A stretch of 64,000 bases of DNA from Utricularia gibba. Taxonomy: Eukaryota; Plantae; Magnoliophyta. Positions 50,401 to 62,787 of this stretch are shown piece after piece; position 1 is the stretch's first letter; every line of letters starts with the position of its first letter. The translations under genes and the position numbers were made by a program. Location: the NCBI GenBank assembly GCA_002189035.1, contig NEEC01000007.1, positions 2,604,001 through 2,668,000 of the forward strand. The letters are read 5' to 3'. Below the pieces are notes generated by a model, which had not been told where the DNA came from, made no database searches, and saw only the letters and a program-made list of their open reading frames with translations.

Positions 50401-51849
50401 TTCTCAATCTGAAGGCAAAGTGGAACACAGAGAGTCCAGTGCTGCGTTCACTCCCAGTCTGTCTCTTCCTCCAAGGCTCAAGTTTTTGAAAGCTCAGTTG
50501 TCTACAATTGAGGTTCTCCACCGCCCAAAGCCTGGTTTTGTGACACTAGCCACTTTCTTTTCAACTTGTTTCACGAGTGTGTATTCTTTGCAGGCATATG
50601 TCCCATCCGAATCTTTCAATGTTTGTTGGTCGGATGATGTCCGGAGGTCATTTGCTCTGAAGCTGCTTATGGCTTCCACAGCTGAGGAGCTCCTTCAGGT
50701 TTGTCAATGCAATGACATTCAAAGTGGCTTCGTTCTGCTTTGGCTAATTGATTTCTGGGGTGTTCAGATTATCACGATGCTCGAATGTAGCATCAAGAGA
50801 GACTTCTTTTCTCCAAACTTCACACCAACCACCGAGCTGTTGAGTTCCACGAAATTTGGAGAAATCAGTTACAGCTATAGTTCTTCCTCTTCTGAAGTGG
50901 TGCCAGTCATCCCATGGGTTCCTCTGACTGCTGCTGCTGTCAGCTTAAGGCTAATGGAGATAGATTCAGCCCTTTACTATGCACCGGAGCAGAAAGATGG
51001 TCGTCAAACGGACAACGAAGCCGGGTTTTTTTCTGTGAGAACACTTGCATCTGTGTACTTGTGTTTCATTTGATTGTTTCACCTGAATCCTGATTCCGTA
51101 TCATTTGCAGAAATACTCCTCCATGTGTTCGTCCCTGGGGATTCATGTGAACGAGGCTTCACAAGATGGAAATTTGCGGCAAAGCAGTGGTACGCACGAT
51201 CCTGGAAACCAGGCTTTTGGATTGAGACGAGGGCGGGGACGGCCACGCGGGGCAGCCGCACACGAGGTGGTAAAACTAACAGATTGGACCGATTCCCTCC
51301 ACGGAAGGGCAGCAGCCTGCCCCAGTCGGCGGCCGGAAGGGTCGTTTCTCCAACCGAGGCCGGTGGAGAGGTGCTCGTACTGCAGCCAAATATTATGTTG
51401 AGGAATCAGAGAAAAAGGAGGACACCGAAGCTCAGGAGGACCAACCAGAACCGAAGGAAATGCTCGGCCGAATCGAAGGAGCTGAAAATGCCGCAACCAG
51501 TTCTGGAAGATCGGAATTCGATGAAGAAAATGTTCAAGCATCGGGTGATGAGTATCATGAAGTCAAGGGTGGCTTCTCTGGTTCGAAGTCAGGGGAGTTT
51601 GCAGAAGGATGTGAAATTGGTGGCGAGCGCCGTGTGCAAGCTGATGATAACGACGAGGAATACGACAACGATGATGATGACGGTAAAGGTTCTGAGGATC
51701 TGGGTGACGGCGAGGAATACTACACCCGCGGATACGAAGAGGGAAACCAGTCCCACCATCAACAGCAAGCTCAAAAGCTCGATGAAGATGAAGCTTACTC
51801 TCCCGACTCCTCCCCTGACTCGCCCTCCTCCTCCGAGTATAGTTACTGA
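44498..51849 (+). CDS. RLT2: Homeobox-DDT domain protein RINGLET (RLT1/RLT2-like), about 19 exons
   Basis: Homeodomain KRKMKTPTQLELLEKTYA|VEAYPSEALRAELSVKLGLSDRQLQMWFCHRRLKD; EDGPILGMEFDPLPPGAFG; DDT domain (LGLWPFTLDEFVQ); HARE-HTH (LTPGTVKFAAFHVLS); WHIM (WVRGLTEGEYGTLSVEERL; YRSLPLGLDRRYNRYWQF). 1-bp frameshifts at ~49663, ~51248 and ~51321. Confidence 0.9.
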
Positions 51850-52140
51850 TACTAACTTCAACACAAGTTCGATTCAAGCATTTTCGCTCTCGTCAAGATG
51901 AAGATACCCGCATCTTTGACCTGAGGAACTGCATCAACCTGATTTAACAAGTTAGTAGGTTTCCTTATGTCTTGCTCCTGTTGCATTGTTGATGCAAATG
52001 GTGAGGTTGAGGAGATGAATGTGATTAGTAAATGGATGGGAGGCCTGACTCTCCCCTTACTCTGCAGTTCAGCTTGTCCCAACAGATGGCCAGAATCAGT
52101 TAATATATTTGAAATGTTCAAACTGCAATTGTCTTCACTT

Positions 52141-53913
52141 TCAGGCATGCAAACCAACCTTTGAGTACCTCTTGCAGAAGGCTTTCATTCTTCGTAAACC
52201 CACCTCAAGCAACGATGGCTCGACTGCAAATGTGATCCGTACCCAGTTCTTGAGCCCCACAGCAATCCCTGTGGCAGCAACAAATGCTGATTATGTTGGC
52301 ACATTGGATTATCTGCGGTTTTAAATGATGCAGCATCAGTATGAAATGCTGTCTTGAAAATGTTACCTGGTAAGATGACAACAGATTCTTCCTTTGCCAG
52401 CTTCACGCAGAAGTCTAAATCATCCTCAATGCCATTAAGAAGAGATGGCTCAAGCTTAACCTGAGAAAGTAGAAATGGATTTACTGCAAGTCGTGTGACA
52501 GATCACAGGTGTGTGTTTTGCTTTGTTTACCATTGCAGACATGGATGCTTCCGGTTTATGGAAGCAAGTTACACAAGGTGTGTCCTTGATGTGATTGTAG
52601 CATATCTCTGCGCACACTCGAAGATTGTTTACAATTTTGGACAAGAAATCACCTTGTGTGTCACTTAGAATTCGTGGAAGTGCCCCCTTCAGGGATATGA
52701 ATCAGAATATCAGAATGCTATGGATGATACAAATATCTTGAAACAGAGCAGATTTAAGAACCTGAACGAAGGTTGTAGGATCAGGGCTGATATCAGCGAA
52801 GCCTTTGATGCTCTCAATGACCTGCAGACAAGAAAAACTCTTGATGACACCGGGAAGAAACAAAATCAAGACAGGCTCAGAGGGTACCCCTTGTTCTGCA
52901 AGAACACCATCCGGATCATATGCCACAATCCAGCCGATTCTCCAACCAGGAACAGCCCATCTCTTAGATATCGACCCAATTGTTACAATTGGAGTGATGG
53001 ATCCGAATACCCCCAATGGAACAAAAGGAGTGTTTCCAAAGGTCAGGTGTCCATAAACTTCATCAGAAATCAATAAAATTCCAAGCTTCCTTGCCATCTC
53101 TGCAACCTATAGAAACAATCATCATAACCATCTACCAAATCAATTCAGAGAGTTGGCATGCATTAATTTAGTCCAGAAACCTTCCTCAAGTGTTCATATT
53201 TGTAAGTATTTCCACAAGGATTCCCAGGATTGATAATAACCATAGCTACGGTGTTGTCATCTGCCAAAGCTTCAACCCCAGCTAAATCCACTTCCCAGCC
53301 ATTCTCTGGAAGCAAGTTGTAATGACGAGTCTTGATGTGACCGTAGGCGCAACGGGCTTCATAGTAAGGGTAGCCTGGCCTCGGAAGCAATATATTTGCT
53401 TTAGGACGAGCAAGTGCAGTTAGAATCCCTTCCATTGCTTGACTGCAGCCAATTGTCAGGTAAACATCATCTGCTGATAATTTGTACGGAAGGTCCTTAG
53501 ACAAATACTCTGCCACCGCCCTGCACATGAAGAAGAACATCCCGTTAACTGTGATGAATCCATCGATGATCCGAAACGAAAATCTGCCATTGAAAGCACT
53601 GGATTTCTGAAAAAAAAAAAAAAAAACACCTGCGGGCCTCAGGAATCCCGGCGGAGGGAGGGTAGCCGTTGAAGTCGGCGCAGCGAAGGGCGTCGCAAAT
53701 GGCGTCTTCCGCGAGGTGGGTAATCGCGTAGGATGGGTGAGAGGAAGGGTCCCCATAACCCAGGACAACTACGGGTTTGTCGTCATCAGCAACGAGATTA
53801 TCGGTCAGCGTTACGAGTATACTTCTAATAGTTGACGGAGAAGCCTGTTGAAGATCCTCGTTTCCCAGGAAACGCCATTTTCCGACCGGTGATCCTCCCG
53901 TCTCCTTCTCCAT
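52141..53913 (-). CDS. TAT: Tyrosine aminotransferase (TAT/nicotianamine aminotransferase family), 7 exons
   Basis: [36 protein letters not shown] lysine in SISKRW and [10 protein letters not shown]. Confidence 0.92.
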
Positions 53914-54374
53914 CGCTAGCTCCCAAGGTGCACAGTCAGTGACAACGAGGCACTGCAGCAGTGACACATTATTTTTATATATAAAAATTAAGGTACACAT
54001 TTTTTAATCAATTTTTAAAATAGTAAATCATAACGTTTCTATAGCATGCGTTTCAGACTAATTTAATTCCCGTTTAATACAAAATCCAAATTTAATAATT
54101 GCGGAATATACGTGTTTTGTTTTACACATTTAATGAAAATTTATATGTGGGGCCAGAGTGATAACGACGCCGTATTAGACCACTGGCTCACAGGGAGTTT
54201 ACCCGGCAACTTTAGCGATGGAATTTTCAATTTCAGTTGTTTCGACCGTTGAAACCAAGACTTTATTACTAGATTTTCACGTTCTCCCTCTCCTCCTAGG
54301 AAGACGCTCGATTTCCGCCGGTCGAACTACTTTCTTGGTTTCTTTCCCAGAGTTTGTCCTGATCGCTCTTGGGA

Positions 54375-57300
54375 TATGCCTTCGCTGGATTGAGGTTCAT
54401 GGCTGGGGAAGCGATGGGGGAATCTGCGTACAGTTTGCTGGATTGGATGGGCTACTGATTTCTAGGGTATTTTAATTTCTGTCGAGAACGTTGGTGTTTA
54501 GAGTTGTCCTCTATTTTTGCTTGATCGTATGCCTGACACAAAGGTGTGAGTATGCTATCTGCTGTTGCGCAAGAAAATTCAGTTCTTATGATTGATGTTT
54601 CATCATCTTGTCTTGTCAGCATTTATGCTCTGGATAAAGGCGACAAGAGCGTTTCAGCCGCAGATTCTATGCTGTTTTGATGACGATGATGAGCAAACGT
54701 TGCCCGAGACACTCCGGGAAGTGCCTGCTGCATCAAATTCTTTGCAAGTATCACGATCTAAAACACTGTTGCAAGCCATGTTGGTGTTAGTTAATTCACA
54801 TCAGAAGACTGAAAAACACAACCGTTTATGATAAATAGTAATCGATGCTTCGCATATTGCATGCCTGGAAAAGAAGTGCTTCCACTGGAAACCACCTTGA
54901 TAAATGCTGTTGAAGCGGGAAAATTCCTTGTAAGAATGAGCTGAAGGTGTGAGAATATGGGGTTCCAATCAGAACCTTTCTCTGTTCTTCTTTGCTTTTT
55001 TCGGTTTTTTAGTCATGATGCTTTATTGCATTTGCAGAATAAGGAAGTCACCAACTCTGAGGTGACTTCCAGAGAAAATGGAAAGTATGCCCTCATTTCA
55101 CTAACACTCTGTTCTTGATGAATATGTAAACCATTTCAAGATGAATCACCTTCATTCTGCATTCTCAATTGTGGTAACCAAGGTATCCTCTACGGAAGCT
55201 GCTCAAGGTCAAATTCCTTTTTGTGCTCTTACTTGGAACATGCCCTAACTGCAATTGCATTGACATTTGAAACTCACATCTGCAAAATTTGTGCCTCAAA
55301 GTCCGCACCCCAGTCCAATAGAGAGTTGAGGCAACTGAAGAGATGGCTAGCATGCCCCTAAACAAGTCTGAAGATGCACAAATCACAAGCCAGGGAATAT
55401 CAAGTGGCCCAAACGTGCATCCATTTTCTATTAAGGAATCAAAATACCTTGCTCATTGTAAAAACGCTCCTAATTCTTCTCAGAGTATGCCGGTCTTTCA
55501 AACTTTGCCCATGTAAATCAAGCCATCAAGAGAAAAGCTGGAAGGGAAGAAAATCTCATCCGGTGCATTTCATTCTCATTTTTTTCTTACATTAATATCA
55601 TTTCTATATGTTGCTATTTCTCATATTTGATGGCTCCGTTGACTATTTGTTTTCCTCACATTCTTACAGTTACTAAAGCTCCTAATCTACGTCACAAAAC
55701 GAATGGGGGAATCATCAACAGCAGTACAAACTTCAGCTTCACAAATATACAAATCTTTAAAGAAGAAAGAAAGGTAAATTAGGAAATGAAGGGTATTATT
55801 TTAGTTACTGTCTGTGTCCAAACTAACTCCAATTTTCACGCAGTAGATTTATGTACGAGAAGCACCTGCAGCACCATTTGCTTCTGCTGCAGAAATCATG
55901 AGGAAGTTCCAATCAGGAGCACGAGACCTGTCGTTCATCGCATTGGCTTTCTTTCACAGGCTCTCCAGTTCCGCATTGGCTACAATACCAAAATTTAAGG
56001 CTCGCCCCTTAAATAATAAGGTAGGCATATCCCTTCCAGTTTTTTTCCTATAAAATTCTGTACTTTTATTGCCCAAATTGTCCCAGATTTTACAGGCGCC
56101 TACTCTTCCTCCCTTACCAAGGAGTACACCACATATCCCTGAATTTAAAGTATGTTCTCATTGTCTTATATTTCTCTTTTTGTTCAGTTGGTTGGATAAA
56201 ATTTGTTACTTGTACAGGAGTTCCATTTGCAGACAATGGCCAAGGCCAATTACAATTCTGAAACATCGACTGCAGCCTCGAGCGAATCTACTGAGGTTAA
56301 GGTATATATTCCCGCAGCTAAGATGATAACGTTTGGATCATTTTGGAACACGCACCAGCTTGTGGAGAGATACTTGTGGTCATTTTCGGAGCTCTCAGTG
56401 GACACCTCACCTAACAGTACCAATATCACCTGCTCTTCAAACATCTCTCCGTGCAGAGCATATCAAAATCAAGAGTTCCAATGAACTAGAGAACGAGGAA
56501 CTTGAAAATATTCCACAGTTCAAGGCAAGACCATTGAATAGAAAGGTATGATGCTGCACAAGGTGATGACCCTCTGATGTGGCAGAACATTCCCATGTCT
56601 CCTTTCGACATGACTGCCACATGAGGAAACAGTTTACCATACTTCACGAAGTTAATTTTTCCATCAATAAGAGAATCCCACCTCCGTCTGCTGTTATTAA
56701 TAAATTTGACAAGGTTTGGAAAGCAACATTCCATGAAATCATGACTGCAATGCATTCCGCACTCTGCAACACAGTTCTAATGTATTTTTTTATTCCTCTC
56801 CTAATCTTTGTTTAGCTCTCAATATGTTCGGAAACACAACAGTATAAGAAGAATCTCCCTAGGAATACTACTTCAAACCCGTTCCATCTCTACACGGAGG
56901 TATCAATCTTTATTCTTTATCCGTTTTCCAGATTCATGTTCCTATTTTCTCTTTTTTTTTTCAGGAAAGAGGATCTGAGAAAGACAGAAGATTGGCTGGA
57001 GGAGTCAAGCATAAGCAAATGGAAGAGGAGCTGGCCAGGGTACCAAAAGGCAATCCATATCCTTAAACAACTGATTTCCCTGACCTTCCTATAACAAAAC
57101 TAGAAACTGGAAGGAGACTATTTAAGGCAGTTATAAACGAAGGGTTTGAATGTAAAGCAGTTATAAATGTTAGAATGCTTCTCTACATTGTTTCTGTATG
57201 TACACTGCTTATATACAATGACTCTTGGGTAGCTGTGCACAGCGGTCACATTTCTGTTAGCCTGAGCCGAAGCCTTGCACCAAACCAGAACCCCAAATGA

Positions 57301-57945
57301 GACTATTTAAGGCGCAGCCTATCTTGGAGTATGACTCTGCTTGTGTCTCATCGTATCTGCTGCTCTGTTATCATGCCGGCTGATTATACAATTTTTTGTC
57401 TTAACGGTAGACCCTATTCCAGAAACCTTTGAGAGAAGTTGAAGAGTTCAATCCACACGTGCCGCGCAGAGCAGTTGATAGAGCAGAATTCGAGAAGAAG
57501 GTAGATGAACTTTCTTGTCATCAACTTTTGTTCCACGATCGTTGAGCTTGTCTGAATATTTCTATGCACAGATCAAGGAGAAGGAAATGGTATACTTAAC
57601 CTATGAAAGAGAAAATTTTTCCACATGGCACATATGCTCCAGATGGAAGAAGAGAAGGCGCTGAAACAACTTAGAAGAACACTAGTTCCAAAAGCAAGAC
57701 CAGTCCCTAACTTTGAATGTGTTTTCTTACCCCAGAAGTGAGTTGTCGGATAGGATTACCTTCCGTTGAAAGGTCTAGGAAATATATTTGACAAAAATCT
57801 TATCCTCATTAACAGATCATCAAAGAAACATACGAAGGCCAAGTCCCCCAGACTTCTGGTTCATCGGAGAAACCAGAGTAGAAGAATAGGATACCCTGTA
57901 GTAGCTACTCCCACAACAGCAGCTGCACCATTTATTATGACGTGA
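54375..57945 (+). pseudogene. TPX2: TPX2 pseudogene or heavily degenerate copy
   Basis: IKATRAF..LC, IYVRE..PF..AEIMRKFQS, IPKFKARPLN (twice), PEFK|EFHLQT, NPFHLYTE|ERG and a C-terminal TPX2 domain (RAVDRAEFEKK, EEEKALKQLRRTLVPKARPVP). TAA at 57064-57066 and frame breaks near 55534, 56580 and 57420. Confidence 0.8.
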
Positions 57946-58238
57946 TGAATGGTAGGTTTTTGGTTACTTCTTATTGAACTTAGTACCATTTGTTAAATAT
58001 GTTGATTGTTATGCAACAAGTAGGTTGTAGAAATACGTGAAACTTTGTACATCTTCACTTAGTAGAGGCACCTTATTTCACTGTTTCAATTAATGGTAGA
58101 AACTTGAGTTTCAATTACAGAGGAATGTCATAGAAGCTTGAAAAGCAAACTTATTAAACATCGGACTTGGATTGAAACGCTGATGATTCAGATGAGTGAT
58201 GGGGAAGCTGACACAGGAGATTTGCAATAAACATGATT

Positions 58239-59227
58239 CTACAGTGCTGGTGCCGGCGAAGGTATGCGAATCACCGGTTTCGCCGCAGGAGGAGTGGCTT
58301 TGGCCTGAGAATCAGAGGAGCCACATGGTGGCGTGGGAGGAGTTTCTTTAGTTTCTGGTGATGGTGCAAGAACAGGGGCATTGTGTGTGGCAACCCACGT
58401 GGCCGGAGCAGGCGACGGGGAAGGAGGATGTGGGTTTGACTTTACCGGGGGCGGACTTGTGGCCGCCGGTGGGTGAGGAGGATCATATGGACATACAGTC
58501 GGAGGTGGCTGCATCGTTGCTCCCGGAGATGGCGATGGCGCGTGCAACGGGGTTGGTTTTCCTGCATGAGAAGGCGACGGCGCTTGCACTGGGGTCACAC
58601 CTATTCCTGCATGAGCAGGCGACGGCGAGTGCACGGGGCCTGCTCGCGAAGGAGACGGTGCGCGAGCAGGGCCTGCTCTCAAAGGAGACGGCGCGTGGTG
58701 AGGCGCTGCTGTTCCCGTTCCTACAGGCGATGGAGCTGGCGGCGACGGGTTACAACCCATCGGCGGAGCCGCCGGCGGCATCACATCAACAGCAAATTTC
58801 TGGCCTTTTTCACAGTTCTCATCATGCCCACTTATGAAGTACATCTTCCCCAGCACGGTGAGCTTATACCTGGAATCCCCATTCCTCATGATCCTCAACG
58901 GATTATCCCTGTTGCATCTGGCGTAATCATCTCCGCTCACGACCAGCACAGAGTCACGCCCTTTCTCATACTCGAAAACTGCACCAACCCATCAGAAATG
59001 TCAAATTCAAGACAATCTCCACACAAAAATCGGGTTTTGGACATACCCAGTTCATCGTTGAGTCGAAAACGATGAGTTTTAGCCCAATATTCGTAGCTCC
59101 GGCAGGTGTTCGGCGTCCAACCATCTTCTTCTCCGACGTAGAACGTGTGAGCATCAGCTGAGACAAACAACGCCATTGCAATGAAGACACAAATGCAGTA
59201 GTAGTAGTAGTAGTTGTTTCCCGCCAT
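58239..59227 (-). CDS. Early nodulin-like phytocyanin with Pro-rich AGP-like tail; intron 58979-59046
   Basis: Signal peptide, then FYVGEEDGW...WAKTHRFRLNDEL|VFEY...DSVLVV...YFISG...NCEKGQK (copper ligands absent), followed by APSP repeats. Confidence 0.88.
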
Positions 59228-59481
59228 GACAAAAACTTGGGTTGATGGCTTAACCTCGCAAACCAGGTCATATATAAAGGTGCGATCTTTGATGCTTTTA
59301 GAGAGTTACTCTGGGTGTTGGTTCAAAGAGGCTTTATGATACTTGACCGGAGTTAAGTCCTTTCTTCTAACGTTTGATTCTTGAATGCTTTGTGTGATAC
59401 GGTCAGTTGTGAAGGATGGATTTTCTTTTGTTGGTGACTGACTGTGTACTAAATCCTGTTCTTTTATTGGCATTACCTGAG

Positions 59482-61364
59482 GGGTTAATTAGTATTTTAC
59501 ATGTGTCAGAGTTTTTTATTTGCAATTTATCGGAACTTTTTTACTAATTTGTAAATTACCTTACTTTTTTATTTGTATTTGCAAAATGCCTTAGATTTTA
59601 GGTCTAAATTTGATAAATACATGTAATGGATTAGAGAGTTTGACAATATACCTTAACTTTTTGTTTTATTGGTATTTTACATAGGTTATAATTTTTCATT
59701 TGCAATTTATCATAACTTTTTGTTCTAATTTATAAATTACTTATTTTTTTTTATTTTTCTTTATAAAATGACTTAGATCTAGAAATTCATTTATACAATA
59801 ATACGAAAATAAGTTTAATATTACAAATTACATATTTTGTTTTATAAAATTTCATATTTTTTTATATTTATATAATACCCTAATTTTTATTTTTGATTTA
59901 TAAAATATCATATTTTAATTAAATTCTAATTACTATTTACATTACAATTATTATATAATAATAAAAACCTACTTTAAATTAATATTGAATTCCTAATTTA
60001 ATAGAATTATAAAATATTTATTAATTCACTTTTAAAAAAATGTTTCCAGCATCGTGTGCTACCAGTGTCCGAACATTTCAAGCTCTGCAACTACCCGATG
60101 TAGTGTCTGGAAATAATATGTAACCATATTAAAAAAAATTTCTAGACATTTTCCAGACATTGCTAGCACACCATGCAATATTTGGAAATAATATGTAATC
60201 ATATTAAAAAATGTTTCCAAACACTACATCGCGTGCTAGCAGTGTCCGGAAATTTCCAGGATCTGCAACCACGCGATGCAATGCCTGGAAATAATATGTA
60301 ACCATATTAAAAAAAATTTCTAGACATTACAATCACGCCAACTAGCCGTGCCTGGAATTTTCAGACACTGATAAGAAACGAAATAGTGTCTGGAAGGACT
60401 TATTTTTTATTTTATTTTTTGCATAGTTATCATAATTTATAATAGTATATTTATTTATTTATAAAACACTATTAAGCTTTATATGAGTTATAAAAATTAT
60501 TATTAAATTATGTGATTTATATATAAAAAAATCTATACAAATAGTTGTTATATTCAATAAAAGAGTAGTTGAATGTACAACTATTCAATTCATCATTCTT
60601 ATGTTTGAGTAGAATTATCAACGAATTTTTTTTTTCATATATTTAAATATTGGAATACTTTGTTTAACTTATATTTGTTAAAAAATTTATATAGGTGTAT
60701 GAAAATATATGAAATTGGTTAAAACCTAATTTAGAATACCCTAAACCCTATTCCCTAATTTGATAACCATAAATTTATTTTAAGCAAGAAAATCATTTTG
60801 CAAATATATATTAATTAAAAAAATGTTAACATGTAATATTTCAAAATAATATACATACAAGTAATACAATAGTTTTATCATATTTTTGATTATGTAATAC
60901 AATGATTATAATCATAAAATATTATATTATTTCGTAAATAACTTATATCATTTATTATATTACATTTTTGTAAAAATTTTTAAATAGTTTAATAGTATAG
61001 GTTTCTTAATATCATTATTAATAATAAATTTTAGTATTTAATATAATTTTAAAAACATTATACTTCATATTCTTTTGTTTTTGTGTAAAAATCATTTTAT
61101 TCAACATTTCAACATAAAAGAATATATCCATCATGAGTTTCTTTTATTTAAAAAATAAAAAGTCCGGTATTTTGCAAATGAAAACTAAGATTATATGTAA
61201 TTTTACAAAAAAAAAAGCTTTCAGTATTTTGCAAATAAATGTAGTCTGACACAAGTATTTATCAAATTTTGACTTGTAATACATGTAAAATACTAATAAA
61301 ATGAAAAGTTCGGGTATTTTGCAAACATATTTATTCTTGACACATGTATTTAACAAATTTAGCC
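59482..61364. mobile_element. Non-autonomous Mutator-like element (1883 bp)
   Basis: Perfect 9-bp TSD TTACCTGAG (59473-59481 and 61365-61373); GG-starting imperfect TIRs sharing TACATGTGTCA; AT-rich interior with no ORF. Confidence 0.85.
60040..60400. repeat. Internal array of (C/T)TGGAAATAATATGTAA(C/T)CATATTAAAAAA...TTTC(T/C)A(G/A)ACA units
   Basis: Three copies near 60107, 60182 and 60285, plus GTGTCTGGAA/TTCCAGACA inverted motifs. Confidence 0.8.
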
Positions 61365-61477
61365 TTACCTGAGGTGGGTGGCCCATGCTTACTCCGGGTG
61401 ACGTGTCACGTGAGGGCTTGGTGGATAAAAGCCACCGGCGATTTCCGTCCACTGAGCAGAGCCCCCTGCAGGATTCC

Positions 61478-62787
61478 ATGGAGCCACTGATGGATGATCG
61501 CGTGCGGCGTCGTTTATCTTGCGTGTCATCGCACATCTTCCCTCGCCCAGAAAACTCGCAGCCCACTTGCATCGCCCGGTCTTCTTGCTCTTCTACCGAT
61601 TCCAGTTTTGTAAAGGAAGTGGATGCTGAACTGGGTGGGTGTGTTTTTTGCAAGATCACTCGCGGCGAAGCTTCTGCGTCCAAGGTTCATCTTTTTTCGG
61701 TTCGGATTAGGGTCTTCGATTGTTTTATTCAGATGGGAAGTTCGCCTTTTCCGTTGCTTCAGACTTTTGTATCGTTTCATCATGATTTTTTATGCTATAA
61801 TCTTTGAATCGATGGATGTGAGAGTCAGAATGAAACCCTCTGAACTGATTTATCTCAAGTCATTTGTGTTCTGTGTAAAGATGTTCTGATTCCTTGGTTG
61901 GTTTCTTTGAGCACAGGTATATGAAGATGATACCTGTATGTGCATTTTGGATACATACCCTTTATGCTATGGGTAAGGTATCATCACCCCAAACACTGTT
62001 TCATGTTTTTCTATGCATAATGATTTGTATAGTATGAGGTGAGCATTTTCTGGAATGAAGAAGCTTGTGGGGTTTTTGTTTTTCATACTTGGACATCTGT
62101 TTCTTTCATGAATACTTCCAGGCACTCGCTTATTATCCCCAAAAGGCACTTCCCTTCACTAGATGCCACTCCTCCTCCGGTATCTTTTCTCTGCCATGGT
62201 TCTCTCTCAATGATATCAGAACCTTCCTGATGAATCTGTGCATACTTCGCTCTGTAGATGATCGCAGCAATGTTTTCGAAAGTCCCTTTGATTAGCAACG
62301 CCATCATGAAAGCCACTGGCTGCGGTATGTTTGCCTACATCTACTGCTTTCCTCCTCCCCCTCTCCACTGATGTTTACCCCCATGATGCAGATTCATTCA
62401 ACTTGCTCGTCAACAATGGCGTTGCTTCTGGGCAAGTTGTATTCCATGTAATCTCCATCAAACTCTTTCCAGAAAGATGCAAAGAAGCTATATAAATATA
62501 CCCCACCTGCTTTACTGATTCTGGTTTCAACTCTTTCCAAGTTCAGACTCACATTCACATAATTCCCAGAAAGGCAGGGGACTGTCTATGGACTTCCGCG
62601 GTAGGTGCACCAACCAGACTCTGCAACTTGAAAGACTCAAAAGTTGCTGACTTTGTGATGCATCCTGTAGAGTCTACGGAGGCGGCAGCTGAGGCTGGAG
62701 CCTCAAGGCTCGCAGCTTGCAAGATCCATTCGGGAGAATCTGTCCACCTTAGAGGAGTGTGAAGATGGAAAGAATCAAAGCATCTAG
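61478..62787 (+). CDS. HINT3: Histidine triad nucleotide-binding protein HINT3 (adenylylsulfatase), 7 exons
   Basis: RRL..VSSH, CVFCKITRGE, YEDD.CMCILDT.PL..G|HSLIIPK, DSFNLLVNNG..SGQVVFH|THIHIIPRK (HIT motif) and last exon SLRRRQLRL...*; all junctions GT-AG and in frame. Confidence 0.92.

Noticed and set aside
60735-60760. CCCTAAACCCTA telomere-like motif
   Set aside because: Fewer than two full repeats, inside AT-rich transposon sequence.
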